Part shown: positions 18,680 through 25,814 of the stretch, piece after piece
How positions within the stretch are numbered: position 1 is the first letter of the stretch
Layout of the letters: every line of letters starts with the position of its first letter
NCBI GenBank assembly: GCA_040752415.1
Contig: JBFMGU010000085.1
Span: forward strand, 1-38,860
Direction: 5' to 3'
From: Myxococcota bacterium
GTDB lineage: Bacteria > Myxococcota > JACRCW01
Length of the DNA: 38,860 nt
The notes under the pieces: generated by a model
Databases searched by the model: none
Told to the model about the DNA's origin: nothing
What the model saw: the letters and a program-made list of their open reading frames with translations, nothing else
Made by a program: the position numbers and the translations under genes

Positions 18680-19578
18680 GCGCAAACACGCAACCATCCG
18701 CGGCCCACGGCAGCTTTGACGACGGCTCCTGGCTCAAGTTGGGCCTGTACTGCGCCGCGTGCGGGAAGTGGGTCTCGCAGGACGACGAGAAGGGCCACCA
18801 CGCCGTCCGCCTCCCGCCGCGCCTGTGGCTGTACACCAACTACGACTGCAACCTGCAGTGCCGCTACTGCCTCGTGTCCTCCAGCCCCTACGCCGAGCGT
18901 CGTGCTTTGTCGGTGGAGACATTTCGCGCCCTGGTCGACGAGGCCGTGGCGCTGGGCGTGCAGGAGATCTTCCTGACGGGTGGGGAACCGTTCCTGCTGC
19001 CCGACATCTACGAGATGATCGCCCACGCCTGCGCACGAACGCGGGTCACCGTTCTCTCCAACGCCATGATCATCCGCGGCAAGCGCCTGGAACAGCTCTG
19101 CGCCGTCAACTCGCCGCGTCTCTTCATCCAAGTGAGTGTGGATGACGTGGAGCCCGGTGTGCATGACGCGTACCGGGGTGACGGCGCGTGGGAGAAGACC
19201 ATGGAGGGCATCAAGCTGCTGCGCTCCAACGGGGTCCAGGTCCGCGTGGCCACCACCGTGACGCCGGAGCTGGAGCCGCGTGTCGACGCGGTGAGGCGGT
19301 TTGTCCAGGGGGTGCTGGGCGTTCCGGAGGAGCACCACATCGTGCGCCCGCTGCTCCGACGCGGCTTCTCCGACGAGGGATTGGAGGTTGGCAAGGAGAA
19401 CCTGATGCCCGAGCTGACCGTGGATGCGGGCGGCATCTACTGGCATCCCTCCGGGACCGACACCGACCTGCTGGTCACCTCGGACACCCGCTCCCTGCGC
19501 AACGCGCTGGAAGAGGTGGCTCGACTGACCCTGGCCAAGGCGTCGGGAGGACAGCTCCAAGCCTTCCGGTGAGGCTGA
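18676..19578 (+). CDS. radical SAM protein, predicted C-terminal selenocysteine (F-R-U-G-stop; 300 aa, Sec299)
   Basis: RLWLYTNYDCNLQCRYC (CxxxCxxC), LTGGEPF and HDAYRGDGAW; ATGA-coupled to the upstream gene; ends TTC CGG TGA GGC TGA. Without recoding it ends at 19572. Confidence 0.8.
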
Positions 19579-19583
19579 GACCA

Positions 19584-19602
19584 GGCGCCCCGGGCGGGCG
19601 TC
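19584..19602 (+). promoter_or_regulatory. candidate bacterial SECIS element
   Basis: Stem GGCGCCC(19584-90)/GGGCGTC(19596-602) with one G-U pair; loop CGGGC separated from TGA 19570-72 by 18 nt; G at loop position 2; no U-tract, so not a typical intrinsic terminator. Confidence 0.6.
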
Positions 19603-19704
19603 ATCACAACTGGGACCGGTTGCCTCGACCTGGACGCGGATGCGTTACCGGTCGTCATCAACGGTCTTGCACATGGCGTCCGCTCCTGACGCCTCTTCCC
19701 GCGC

Positions 19705-19923
19705 TCCCTGCCAATGAGATTGGCAGGCAACAAAGAAGCTCAAGTCCTGCTCTCCTCTCGGCGGCGGTGTCGCGTCGCAGGACTAACCGTGAATGGGACG
19801 CGCGGGCAAAAGGGACGAACGAGGACAAGGCCCTTCGCTGGCAGTCCTGCGAAACGCGTCCATCGGCCAAGTGGTGAGCAGGACTTGACCCTTCCTGCTG
19901 CCTGCCAATTTCATTGGCAGGGA
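19705..19923. repeat. inverted-repeat element A: 48-bp arms (41/48 identical), each carrying the palindrome CCTGCCAAT-N3-ATTGGCAGG
   Basis: Arm 19705-19752 aligned by eye with the reverse complement of 19876-19923. Confidence 0.8.
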
Positions 19924-20006
19924 CTTCAGAGCGTCATTCCGAGGGAGTCGCACCGCGCTACTGGAGGGCTCTCGTCGGGCGAGGCGTCAGGATGGGAGCC
20001 ACACCC

Positions 20007-20253
20007 ATTCCAGGCGTCGTGAGCGGGCCACGACCTGGAGTGCGGCGGGCCCTCGCCGCCCTGGCCAGAGCCGAGCGAGTCCTCAGCGGCGAAGAACGAC
20101 GAAGCGGCGCCGAAGGGCGTCGCCACGGCGCACGTGCCGCGGTGGCCTCTCAACGCGGGGGGACCCTTGGCGGGCGGAATACCGCGCGGCGCTGGCCAGG
20201 GCGGCGAGGGCCCGCCGCACTCCAGGTCGTGGCCCGCTCACGACGTCTGCAAT
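20007..20253. repeat. inverted-repeat element B: perfect 54-bp arms (MITE/REPIN-like)
   Basis: 20015-20068 is the exact reverse complement of 20192-20245; pairing extends imperfectly to about 70 bp. Confidence 0.9.
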
Positions 20254-20315
20254 CCCGATGGGCACTTTGTTCTGGCGCAGCTCCTCGCCTTGCCGCCCCC
20301 TCCCGCTCAGCGGTT

Positions 20316-20975
20316 TCAGCCCGCCTCCGCTTTCACCGACGTGGGGCGCGCGGTGACACTGAACCGGATCCTGACCGGATCCGAAACGCGTACCACGCCG
20401 AGGATGCTCTCCGGCTGGATGCCGTAGTCGGTCTGGCGGATGGTGAAGCTGCCCTCGACCTGCACGCCGCCGTCCGCGATGGATTGCACACGTGCCGGAA
20501 TGCGCACGGTCTGGGTGTGCCCGTGGAGCGTCAACGGGCCAACGAGAACGACCTGCTCCGGTCCCTCCACGACGACTTCGGTGGTGCGGAAAGTGATGGT
20601 CGGGTGCTCGCTGGCCTCGAGGAAGCGGTTGACCATCGTGTCCTGGAGCTTCCGCACATCCTTTTCGCTGGGACCCTTCGTGAGTCCCGCGCGCTGCAGC
20701 GCGTCCGGCGTGTCGATCCGGAGCTCGCGGACGGGGACGGAGACCTGGACTCGCGTTGCGGCAGCATTCTCCGCGTCAAAGGTGATGTCCGCGGACCAGG
20801 CGGTGGCCAGGATGCCGTGCTCATGCCCCAGCGTTCTCAGCGCTCCCTCAACGCCGGTACGAGCCACGACGAAGCTCTGGGAATGGTCGACCTGGAGGAC
20901 AACGGGCTCCGCAACGACGAGCGGTGTGGCCAGCGCCAGGACCGCTGCACTGGAGAGTAGGTGGATGGGCCGCAT
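20316..20975 (-). CDS. YceI-family periplasmic protein
   Basis: Signal peptide; GHEH, FLEASEHPTITF, GPLTLHG and IRQTDYGI motifs. Confidence 0.88.
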   Translation of the reverse strand: MRPIHLLSSAAVLALATPLVVAEPVVLQVDHSQSFVVARTGVEGALRTLGHEHGILATAWSADITFDAENAAATRVQVSVPVRELRIDTPDALQRAGLTKGPSEKDVRKLQDTMVNRFLEASEHPTITFRTTEVVVEGPEQVVLVGPLTLHGHTQTVRIPARVQSIADGGVQVEGSFTIRQTDYGIQPESILGVVRVSDPVRIRFSVTARPTSVKAEAG

Positions 20976-21091
20976 GTCTCGCTCCGTCCGAATGGCCAGT
21001 GAGGGCGAGATACCAAGGGCCATGGCGCGTGGCCTGCGCTGCTGGATATTGCTTCATGGAGGGTGATGGACACGGCGGACCGGCTCCCGCG

Positions 21092-21565
21092 TCACGCGGT
21101 GGTCCCTTCGCCGGGGTTCCCGCCCAGCGCCTTGGACCTCAACGTTGCACGCAGTCGCGCGGCCACCTTCTCGGGATTGTCCAGGTCCCGCTCACGCAGG
21201 ACGTGAAGTCGGTGAGCGGGCAGGCCGTGCTGCGACGCAAGTCGTAACTGGAATGCCGCCTGGGCAACCTGGGACACGGGCATGAAAACGTCGGTATCTG
21301 CGTAGGCCGGGAGCTCCCGGTGAATCAGGCTCATGAGCGCCAATCCGTCGGTCACCATCCCGCGCTCGTCGGCCTGCTGGTGAAAGGGGACGAGCAGCCC
21401 GTCCGGTGCCGCGCGCTGGCGCAGGGTCTCAATGATCGCCATGTCCGGCGTGCCCCGCCGCTCGACAAGTGCATGGTCCACGTCAAAGTCGAGCATCCGC
21501 AGCGTCTCCATGACCCGCGTTCGAATAGACGCGTAATACGGACGCAGAACAAACAGGGTCTTCAT
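21092..21565 (-). CDS. hypothetical protein
   Basis: GAGGAG RBS before ATG 21565; globular composition; co-directional with the anti-sigma and YceI genes. Confidence 0.6.
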   Translation of the reverse strand: MKTLFVLRPYYASIRTRVMETLRMLDFDVDHALVERRGTPDMAIIETLRQRAAPDGLLVPFHQQADERGMVTDGLALMSLIHRELPAYADTDVFMPVSQVAQAAFQLRLASQHGLPAHRLHVLRERDLDNPEKVAARLRATLRSKALGGNPGEGTTA

Positions 21566-21609
21566 GCGTGGCTCCTCGCCGTCAGGAAGGCGCGTTGGCG
21601 GATCAGCGG

Positions 21610-21846
21610 TCAGGGGTTGCGACGCATTCCTCCCAGGCGTCGGAGCAGCTCCTCCTTGACCTCCGGAGGCATGCTTGCCGGCGGCATCTGCCGGAGGGTC
21701 TTGATGGTGAGCCTCATCTGCCGCAGATACTCCCGACAGCCCCTGCACATGCCGACGTGAAGGAAAAGACTCACGCGCTGGGCAAGCGGCATTCGTCCCT
21801 CGAGGTAGTCCGTGATGACCTGGCTCAGCTCCCTGCATGTCAGCAT
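21610..21846 (-). CDS. zf-HC2 zinc-binding anti-sigma factor (orphan copy)
   Basis: MLTCRE...DYLEG...HVGMCRGC (HxxxCxxC); GAGGAG RBS. Confidence 0.88.
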   Translation of the reverse strand: MLTCRELSQVITDYLEGRMPLAQRVSLFLHVGMCRGCREYLRQMRLTIKTLRQMPPASMPPEVKEELLRRLGGMRRNP

Positions 21847-21929
21847 CACGCTCCTCTGCCTCGCGGAACGAGCTCCTCCGGCCACGCGCCGGTGATCCGG
21901 GGCCCGCGGCGTCGTGGACCTCGCGGAAC

Positions 21930-21956
21930 GGTCTCAGCGGTCTCACGGACGTTACG
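21930..21956 (-). promoter_or_regulatory. candidate ECF sigma promoter CGTAAC-N16-AGACC
   Basis: One of five copies of a shared motif, oriented toward the orphan anti-sigma gene. Confidence 0.6.
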
Positions 21957-21985
21957 GGTTCCGTCCTGCCGGAAATGGCCGTGGG

Positions 21986-22012
21986 TGTAACAAAACGGCC
22001 CGTCGTGGGACC
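21986..22012 (+). promoter_or_regulatory. candidate ECF sigma promoter TGTAAC-N16-GGACC
   Basis: Shared motif oriented toward the AhpC/TSA gene. Confidence 0.6.
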
Positions 22013-22070
22013 AACGTCTCATCACAGGCCAGGGCCCAGGGCTCGGGCCAGACCGCAACCTGGAGGAATC

Positions 22071-22724
22071 GTGATTCGTAAGCTGATCCTGATCCTGTCT
22101 CTCCCGGCATCCGCCGCAGCCGTGTCCGCGGCGACGCCGTCGGAGTGTGCCCGCCCGGAAGCACCCGCTTCCGCCGAGGACACCTGCCCATTGAAGGTGG
22201 GCTCCGTCATCCCCGCGCTCACACTGACCGCGGCGGACGGAAAGCCATTCGATTTCAAAGCGGAGGTCGCCAAGCAGCCGACGCTGTTTGTGTTCTACCG
22301 CGGCGGATGGTGCCCGTTCTGCAACGCGCAGCTGAGCAAGCTGACCGAGATCGAGCCGGAGCTGAAGAAGCTTGGCGTGCAGGTCGTCGCTGTGAGTCCG
22401 GACCAGACCACATTCCTCCGTGAAAGTACCCAGAAGCACACGCTCTCGTATCGTTTGGTTTCGGACCACATGGGTGAGGCAATCAAGGCCTTTGGGCTGG
22501 CGTATCGTGTCGACGACGCGACGGTGGCCAAGCTGAAGAGCTACAAGATGGACATCGAGGCCGCGTCCGGTCAGCGCCATCGGCTGCTTCCCGTTCCAGC
22601 CGCCTACCTCGTGGGAACGGACGGCGTGGTGCGTTTTGCCTACGCGAACCCCGACTACAAGGTGCGCGCTGACCCCGATCTCCTCCTCGTTGCAGCTCGC
22701 AAACTCGCCGCTCCGCCAAAGTGA
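22071..22724 (+). CDS. exported AhpC/TSA (peroxiredoxin-like, thioredoxin-fold) protein
   Basis: GGAGGA RBS plus GTG start; signal peptide; FYRGGWCPFCNAQL, LPVPAAY and DYKVR motifs. Confidence 0.9.
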   Translation: MIRKLILILSLPASAAAVSAATPSECARPEAPASAEDTCPLKVGSVIPALTLTAADGKPFDFKAEVAKQPTLFVFYRGGWCPFCNAQLSKLTEIEPELKKLGVQVVAVSPDQTTFLRESTQKHTLSYRLVSDHMGEAIKAFGLAYRVDDATVAKLKSYKMDIEAASGQRHRLLPVPAAYLVGTDGVVRFAYANPDYKVRADPDLLLVAARKLAAPPK

Positions 22725-22734
22725 CGACGGCGTC

Positions 22735-22775
22735 GGGGGACTCCACCCAGGCTTCCGTGACGGGCGGAGCCCCCC
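22735..22775 (-). terminator. GC-rich hairpin between convergent genes
   Basis: GGGGGACTCCACCC/GGGCGGAGCCCCCC; the two A-C mismatches become G-U pairs on the minus-strand RNA, giving a 14-bp stem after the repeat-peptide stop; no U-tract. Confidence 0.45.
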
Positions 22776-22787
22776 AACCCGCGTCAT

Positions 22788-23000
22788 CTACTTTTGGCCG
22801 CCACAGCTCTTCTCCCCGCCGCAGCTCTTCTCCCCGCCACAGCCCTTCTCCCCGCCACAGCTCTTCTCCCCGCCTTTCTTGTCGTCCTTCTTCTTCTTGT
22901 CGTCCTTCTTCTCGGCCGTTTGCTCGAAGGGGGCGGCCGACACCGCGAGTGACGAAAACGCAAAACCGCCGACGAAGGCCGCGACCAGCTTCTTGTTCAT
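22788..23000 (-). CDS. 70-aa secreted peptide with four EK(S/G)CGG repeats; HvfA-like (MNIO-type RiPP/metallophore) precursor candidate
   Basis: GGAGGAAACC-ATG; Sec-type signal peptide; K/D-rich linker; four 18-bp tandem repeats at about 22797-22873. Confidence 0.8.
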   Translation of the reverse strand: MNKKLVAAFVGGFAFSSLAVSAAPFEQTAEKKDDKKKKDDKKGGEKSCGGEKGCGGEKSCGGEKSCGGQK

Positions 23001-23064
23001 GGTTTCCTCCACGCCCCGGGCGGGGGCGTCGGTGATGGCGCGGGGAGGTCCCGCGCAGAAGTAC

Positions 23065-23091
23065 GGACTCCCGACGGGGAATTCCGTTACG
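23065..23091 (-). promoter_or_regulatory. candidate ECF sigma promoter CGTAAC-N16-AGTCC
   Basis: Shared motif about 65 nt upstream of the repeat-peptide start. Confidence 0.6.
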
Positions 23092-23370
23092 CGCCGTTGG
23101 TTGCGCGGCTCCCGTGGCCGGGTCCTGGTATGACGTGGTCGCTCGGCGTCGCCTGACCTCGTCATATCAAGCGCCAGCCGCAGCTCCGACAATCCGGCGA
23201 CACCAAGACCCAGGCGCGCGGCGTCCCGACGACGAGTCGCCCACTCCGGCCTGCGCTGTCATGTCTGAGCCGATACCGCGGACACCCCACGCCCGGCTGT
23301 GGAGCACGGAGGCGGTGGTTAGGTTTGTGCATCTGGAGGGCCGGAACATGGCTTCCGTCAGGGAGGCGCC

Positions 23371-24261
23371 ATGAAGTGGCAAGTTGAAAAGGACATGCTC
23401 AGGTCGCTGGTGGGCCTGGCCTCCGTCGTCGAGCTTCGCGATCCCTATACCGGTGGACACCTCTGGCGGGTCGGCCAGTTTTCCAGATTGCTGGCTGACA
23501 TCATCGGACTCGACCGAACCGGCGTATTCCTCGCCTGGATTGGCGGCGCATTGCACGACCTCGGCAAGATCGCCGTACCCGACGCCATCCTCCGCAAACC
23601 GGGGCCTCTCACAGAGCAGGAATACGGAGTCATCACCACCCACCCGGCGGTAGGCCGCGATCTCCTGGGAGGCCACCCGCTGCGCGAGCTGGCCGTGGCC
23701 GCCGTGTATCACCACCACGAGCGCGTCGATGGTTCCGGGTACCCGGAGAGGCTGGCAGGCGACGAGATTCCCCTGGTGGCGCGCATCGTCGGCCTGGCGG
23801 ATGCGTTTGATGCCATGACGAGCGCCCGACCCTACCGTGCGGGACGGTCGATTCGCGCCGCGTTGGATACGCTCAAGGAGCATCGGAACGCGCAGTTCGA
23901 CGCCGCATTGGTTGGCCCGTTCTGCGAGCTGCACGAGGTGCACGATACGCTCGTGCCCATTGTCGGCCACTCCGACCATGGCCAGCGGCTCGTCGCATGT
24001 CCGAACTGTGGCCCCACCATCGTCGTGACGCGCCACTTCCGGGACGGGCAGATCGCATACTGCCGGAACTGCGGGGGCCGCTTCATCCTGCATCGCAGCG
24101 GCGATACGTTCGCGGCGGAGCGCGCAGGCGCGGCCGAGAGCGCAGACCACTTGCGGCCGGTGCCGGAGCTCGAGGCGCTGGAGGACCTCGTCGAGGCTCT
24201 TCCGGGGCGACGCCTCCTGCACCGGCCGGGCCACTTCTTCGGCGGGGGAGCGACGACGTGA
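23371..24261 (+). CDS. HD-GYP domain phosphodiesterase with a C-terminal zinc ribbon
   Basis: RDPYTGGH, LHDLGK, HHERVDGSGYP, ADAFDAMTSARPYR; CPNC...CRNC; GGGAGG RBS. Confidence 0.9.
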   Translation: MKWQVEKDMLRSLVGLASVVELRDPYTGGHLWRVGQFSRLLADIIGLDRTGVFLAWIGGALHDLGKIAVPDAILRKPGPLTEQEYGVITTHPAVGRDLLGGHPLRELAVAAVYHHHERVDGSGYPERLAGDEIPLVARIVGLADAFDAMTSARPYRAGRSIRAALDTLKEHRNAQFDAALVGPFCELHEVHDTLVPIVGHSDHGQRLVACPNCGPTIVVTRHFRDGQIAYCRNCGGRFILHRSGDTFAAERAGAAESADHLRPVPELEALEDLVEALPGRRLLHRPGHFFGGGATT

Positions 24262-24342
24262 GTCGCGTGGCTCCCCGGTGTTCACGGCCCGGCCCATCAC
24301 CCACGGGAACACAAGGCGTGCGCAGGCCCGGCTGCGGCCACC

Positions 24343-24615
24343 TCAGCGGACGCTCTCGCGGCGGCGTGGCGAGCTTTGACCACCTTCCGACGTCGCCGCC
24401 TGAAGCAGTGCCTCTGCCAACCGTTCCGCGCGATCAGCCGGCATCAGCCGCTGCGCCTTCACCCTGACCCAGTAGATGAGCGACTCGACGCGGTCGGGCG
24501 GAAGCGCCTCCAGGTCGACGCCGATCATTCCCCGGCATGATTGGCGGAGCACGTCCCTGGCCGCGATTCCCAGGTGCGGCGTGGCGGCCTGTACCAGCTT
24601 TTCCGCCAGGGTCAT
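24343..24615 (-). CDS. small hypothetical protein translationally coupled to the HAMP protein
   Basis: ATGA overlap at 24612-24615; 90 aa, helical pattern. Confidence 0.55.
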   Translation of the reverse strand: MTLAEKLVQAATPHLGIAARDVLRQSCRGMIGVDLEALPPDRVESLIYWVRVKAQRLMPADRAERLAEALLQAATSEGGQSSPRRRESVR

Positions 24616-25484
24616 GGGCCACTCCTGACACTCACGGGTGCTGCCGTGTCGTCGACGGATTCCGTCTCCCGATAACTGCCGGAGTAGAAGCGGATGGACA
24701 CGACGGCCCGATTGAAGGAGTCCGCGAGGCTTCGGACCTCGTCGGAGGCACCGGGAGCGACGACCACGTCGACGAGCTCACCCTGGCTGATCCGCTCCGC
24801 CGTTGCGGTCAGAGCGCGCAGCGGCCCCACGAGCCGGCGACTGAGATACACACCCAGGGGGATGGCGACGAGGAGGCCCAGGAGGGACGCAACCAGCGCG
24901 GCACGCATGGCGCGCGCTCTCGTCGCGGAAATGTAGGGCACCAGATCATGATCCGCCTCCACGAGCGCAACCACGCGACCCGCCGAGTTGCGAATGGGCG
25001 CATACGCAGACAACCACCACCCGTGCGCGTCCTGGTACACGCCGGTCTGGCCAAGCGGAGCGCCGTCAAACACCGGCTTCATCTCGTCCTTGAGGATGTA
25101 CCCGCCGCCCATCAAGGGGGAGTCCTTGCAGGTCAACCCGAACCGGGTCGCCTCGCCGTCGAGGTGCAGCGTGTAGATGTCCGTGGTGAGCTCGTATTCA
25201 CGCTGCACCGAGCGCAACTGCTGTTGAAGGCTTGCGTACTCGGCCGAGCCCGTGGCCCCACTGCGGTAGACGCGCTCCAGCAGATCGCCATCCAGATGAG
25301 CGGCTGCACTCGTCACCGCGCGGCGCAGCTCGCGAACCATCACCTGCTCGGCCTCTCCGCCAATGCTCATGCTGAACTGGACGTAGATGACCGTCGCAAG
25401 CAGCCCGCCGCTCACGAGGACGAGCGCGCAGACCAAAGCGGAAATCCGCCACGCGATTGAAAGCCTGGTTCCCCGCCCCCTCAT
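24612..25484 (-). CDS. membrane sensor: TM - Cache-like periplasmic domain - TM - HAMP, with no output domain
   Basis: GGAGGAACC-ATG; two TMs; YQDAHGWWLSAYAPI; PLRALTATAERISQG...DEVRSLADSFN HAMP. Confidence 0.82.
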   Translation of the reverse strand: MRGRGTRLSIAWRISALVCALVLVSGGLLATVIYVQFSMSIGGEAEQVMVRELRRAVTSAAAHLDGDLLERVYRSGATGSAEYASLQQQLRSVQREYELTTDIYTLHLDGEATRFGLTCKDSPLMGGGYILKDEMKPVFDGAPLGQTGVYQDAHGWWLSAYAPIRNSAGRVVALVEADHDLVPYISATRARAMRAALVASLLGLLVAIPLGVYLSRRLVGPLRALTATAERISQGELVDVVVAPGASDEVRSLADSFNRAVVSIRFYSGSYRETESVDDTAAPVSVRSGP

Positions 25485-25650
25485 GGTTCCTCCGGTCGTC
25501 CGGTGTGTGCGGCGTCTCCGCCTCGCCGTCCGGACACCAACGCAGACGGAGCGCCATGACATCCCACTGTTGCGCCTGGACATCCCACTGGCGCTTCACC
25601 GCGAGTTTCCCCCAGGAGCACCGGCGCGAGCGCAGTGCACCGATGGGTTC

Positions 25651-25677
25651 AGTCCGCGGCGCCCGTCATGCGTTACA
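25651..25677 (-). promoter_or_regulatory. candidate ECF sigma promoter TGTAAC-N16-GGACT
   Basis: Shared motif in the intergenic region, oriented toward the HAMP gene. Confidence 0.55.
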
Positions 25678-25814
25678 GCGACGCTGGTCGATCGGCGCGG
25701 GGCGCGTTGCCGACCGGTCCGATGCGTTCTTCCGGGCCTTCCGGGTGAATGAGCTGTCATGCCACCGCCCGACGTCCGGGACCCGGATGGCGCCCCGGAG
25801 AGCGCAGTGCCTGG

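Noticed and set aside
19576..19689. Read-through of the second TGA of the radical SAM (36 further open codons)
   Set aside because: No recognisable protein motif, and the hairpin spacing fits the first TGA; treated as the real stop.
19915..19990. tRNA-Sec (GGACTTCA resembles the selC anticodon arm); a similar GGTCTTCAA lies on the minus strand near 31750
   Set aside because: The anticodon stems do not close, and no T-arm or acceptor stem can be built.
19705..20253. CRISPR array
   Set aside because: The repeats are inverted pairs rather than direct repeats with spacers; no cas genes.
22071..22724. AhpC/TSA, GST and YyaL as additional selenoproteins
   Set aside because: Their active-site positions are ordinary Cys codons, and their stops fall at natural domain ends.
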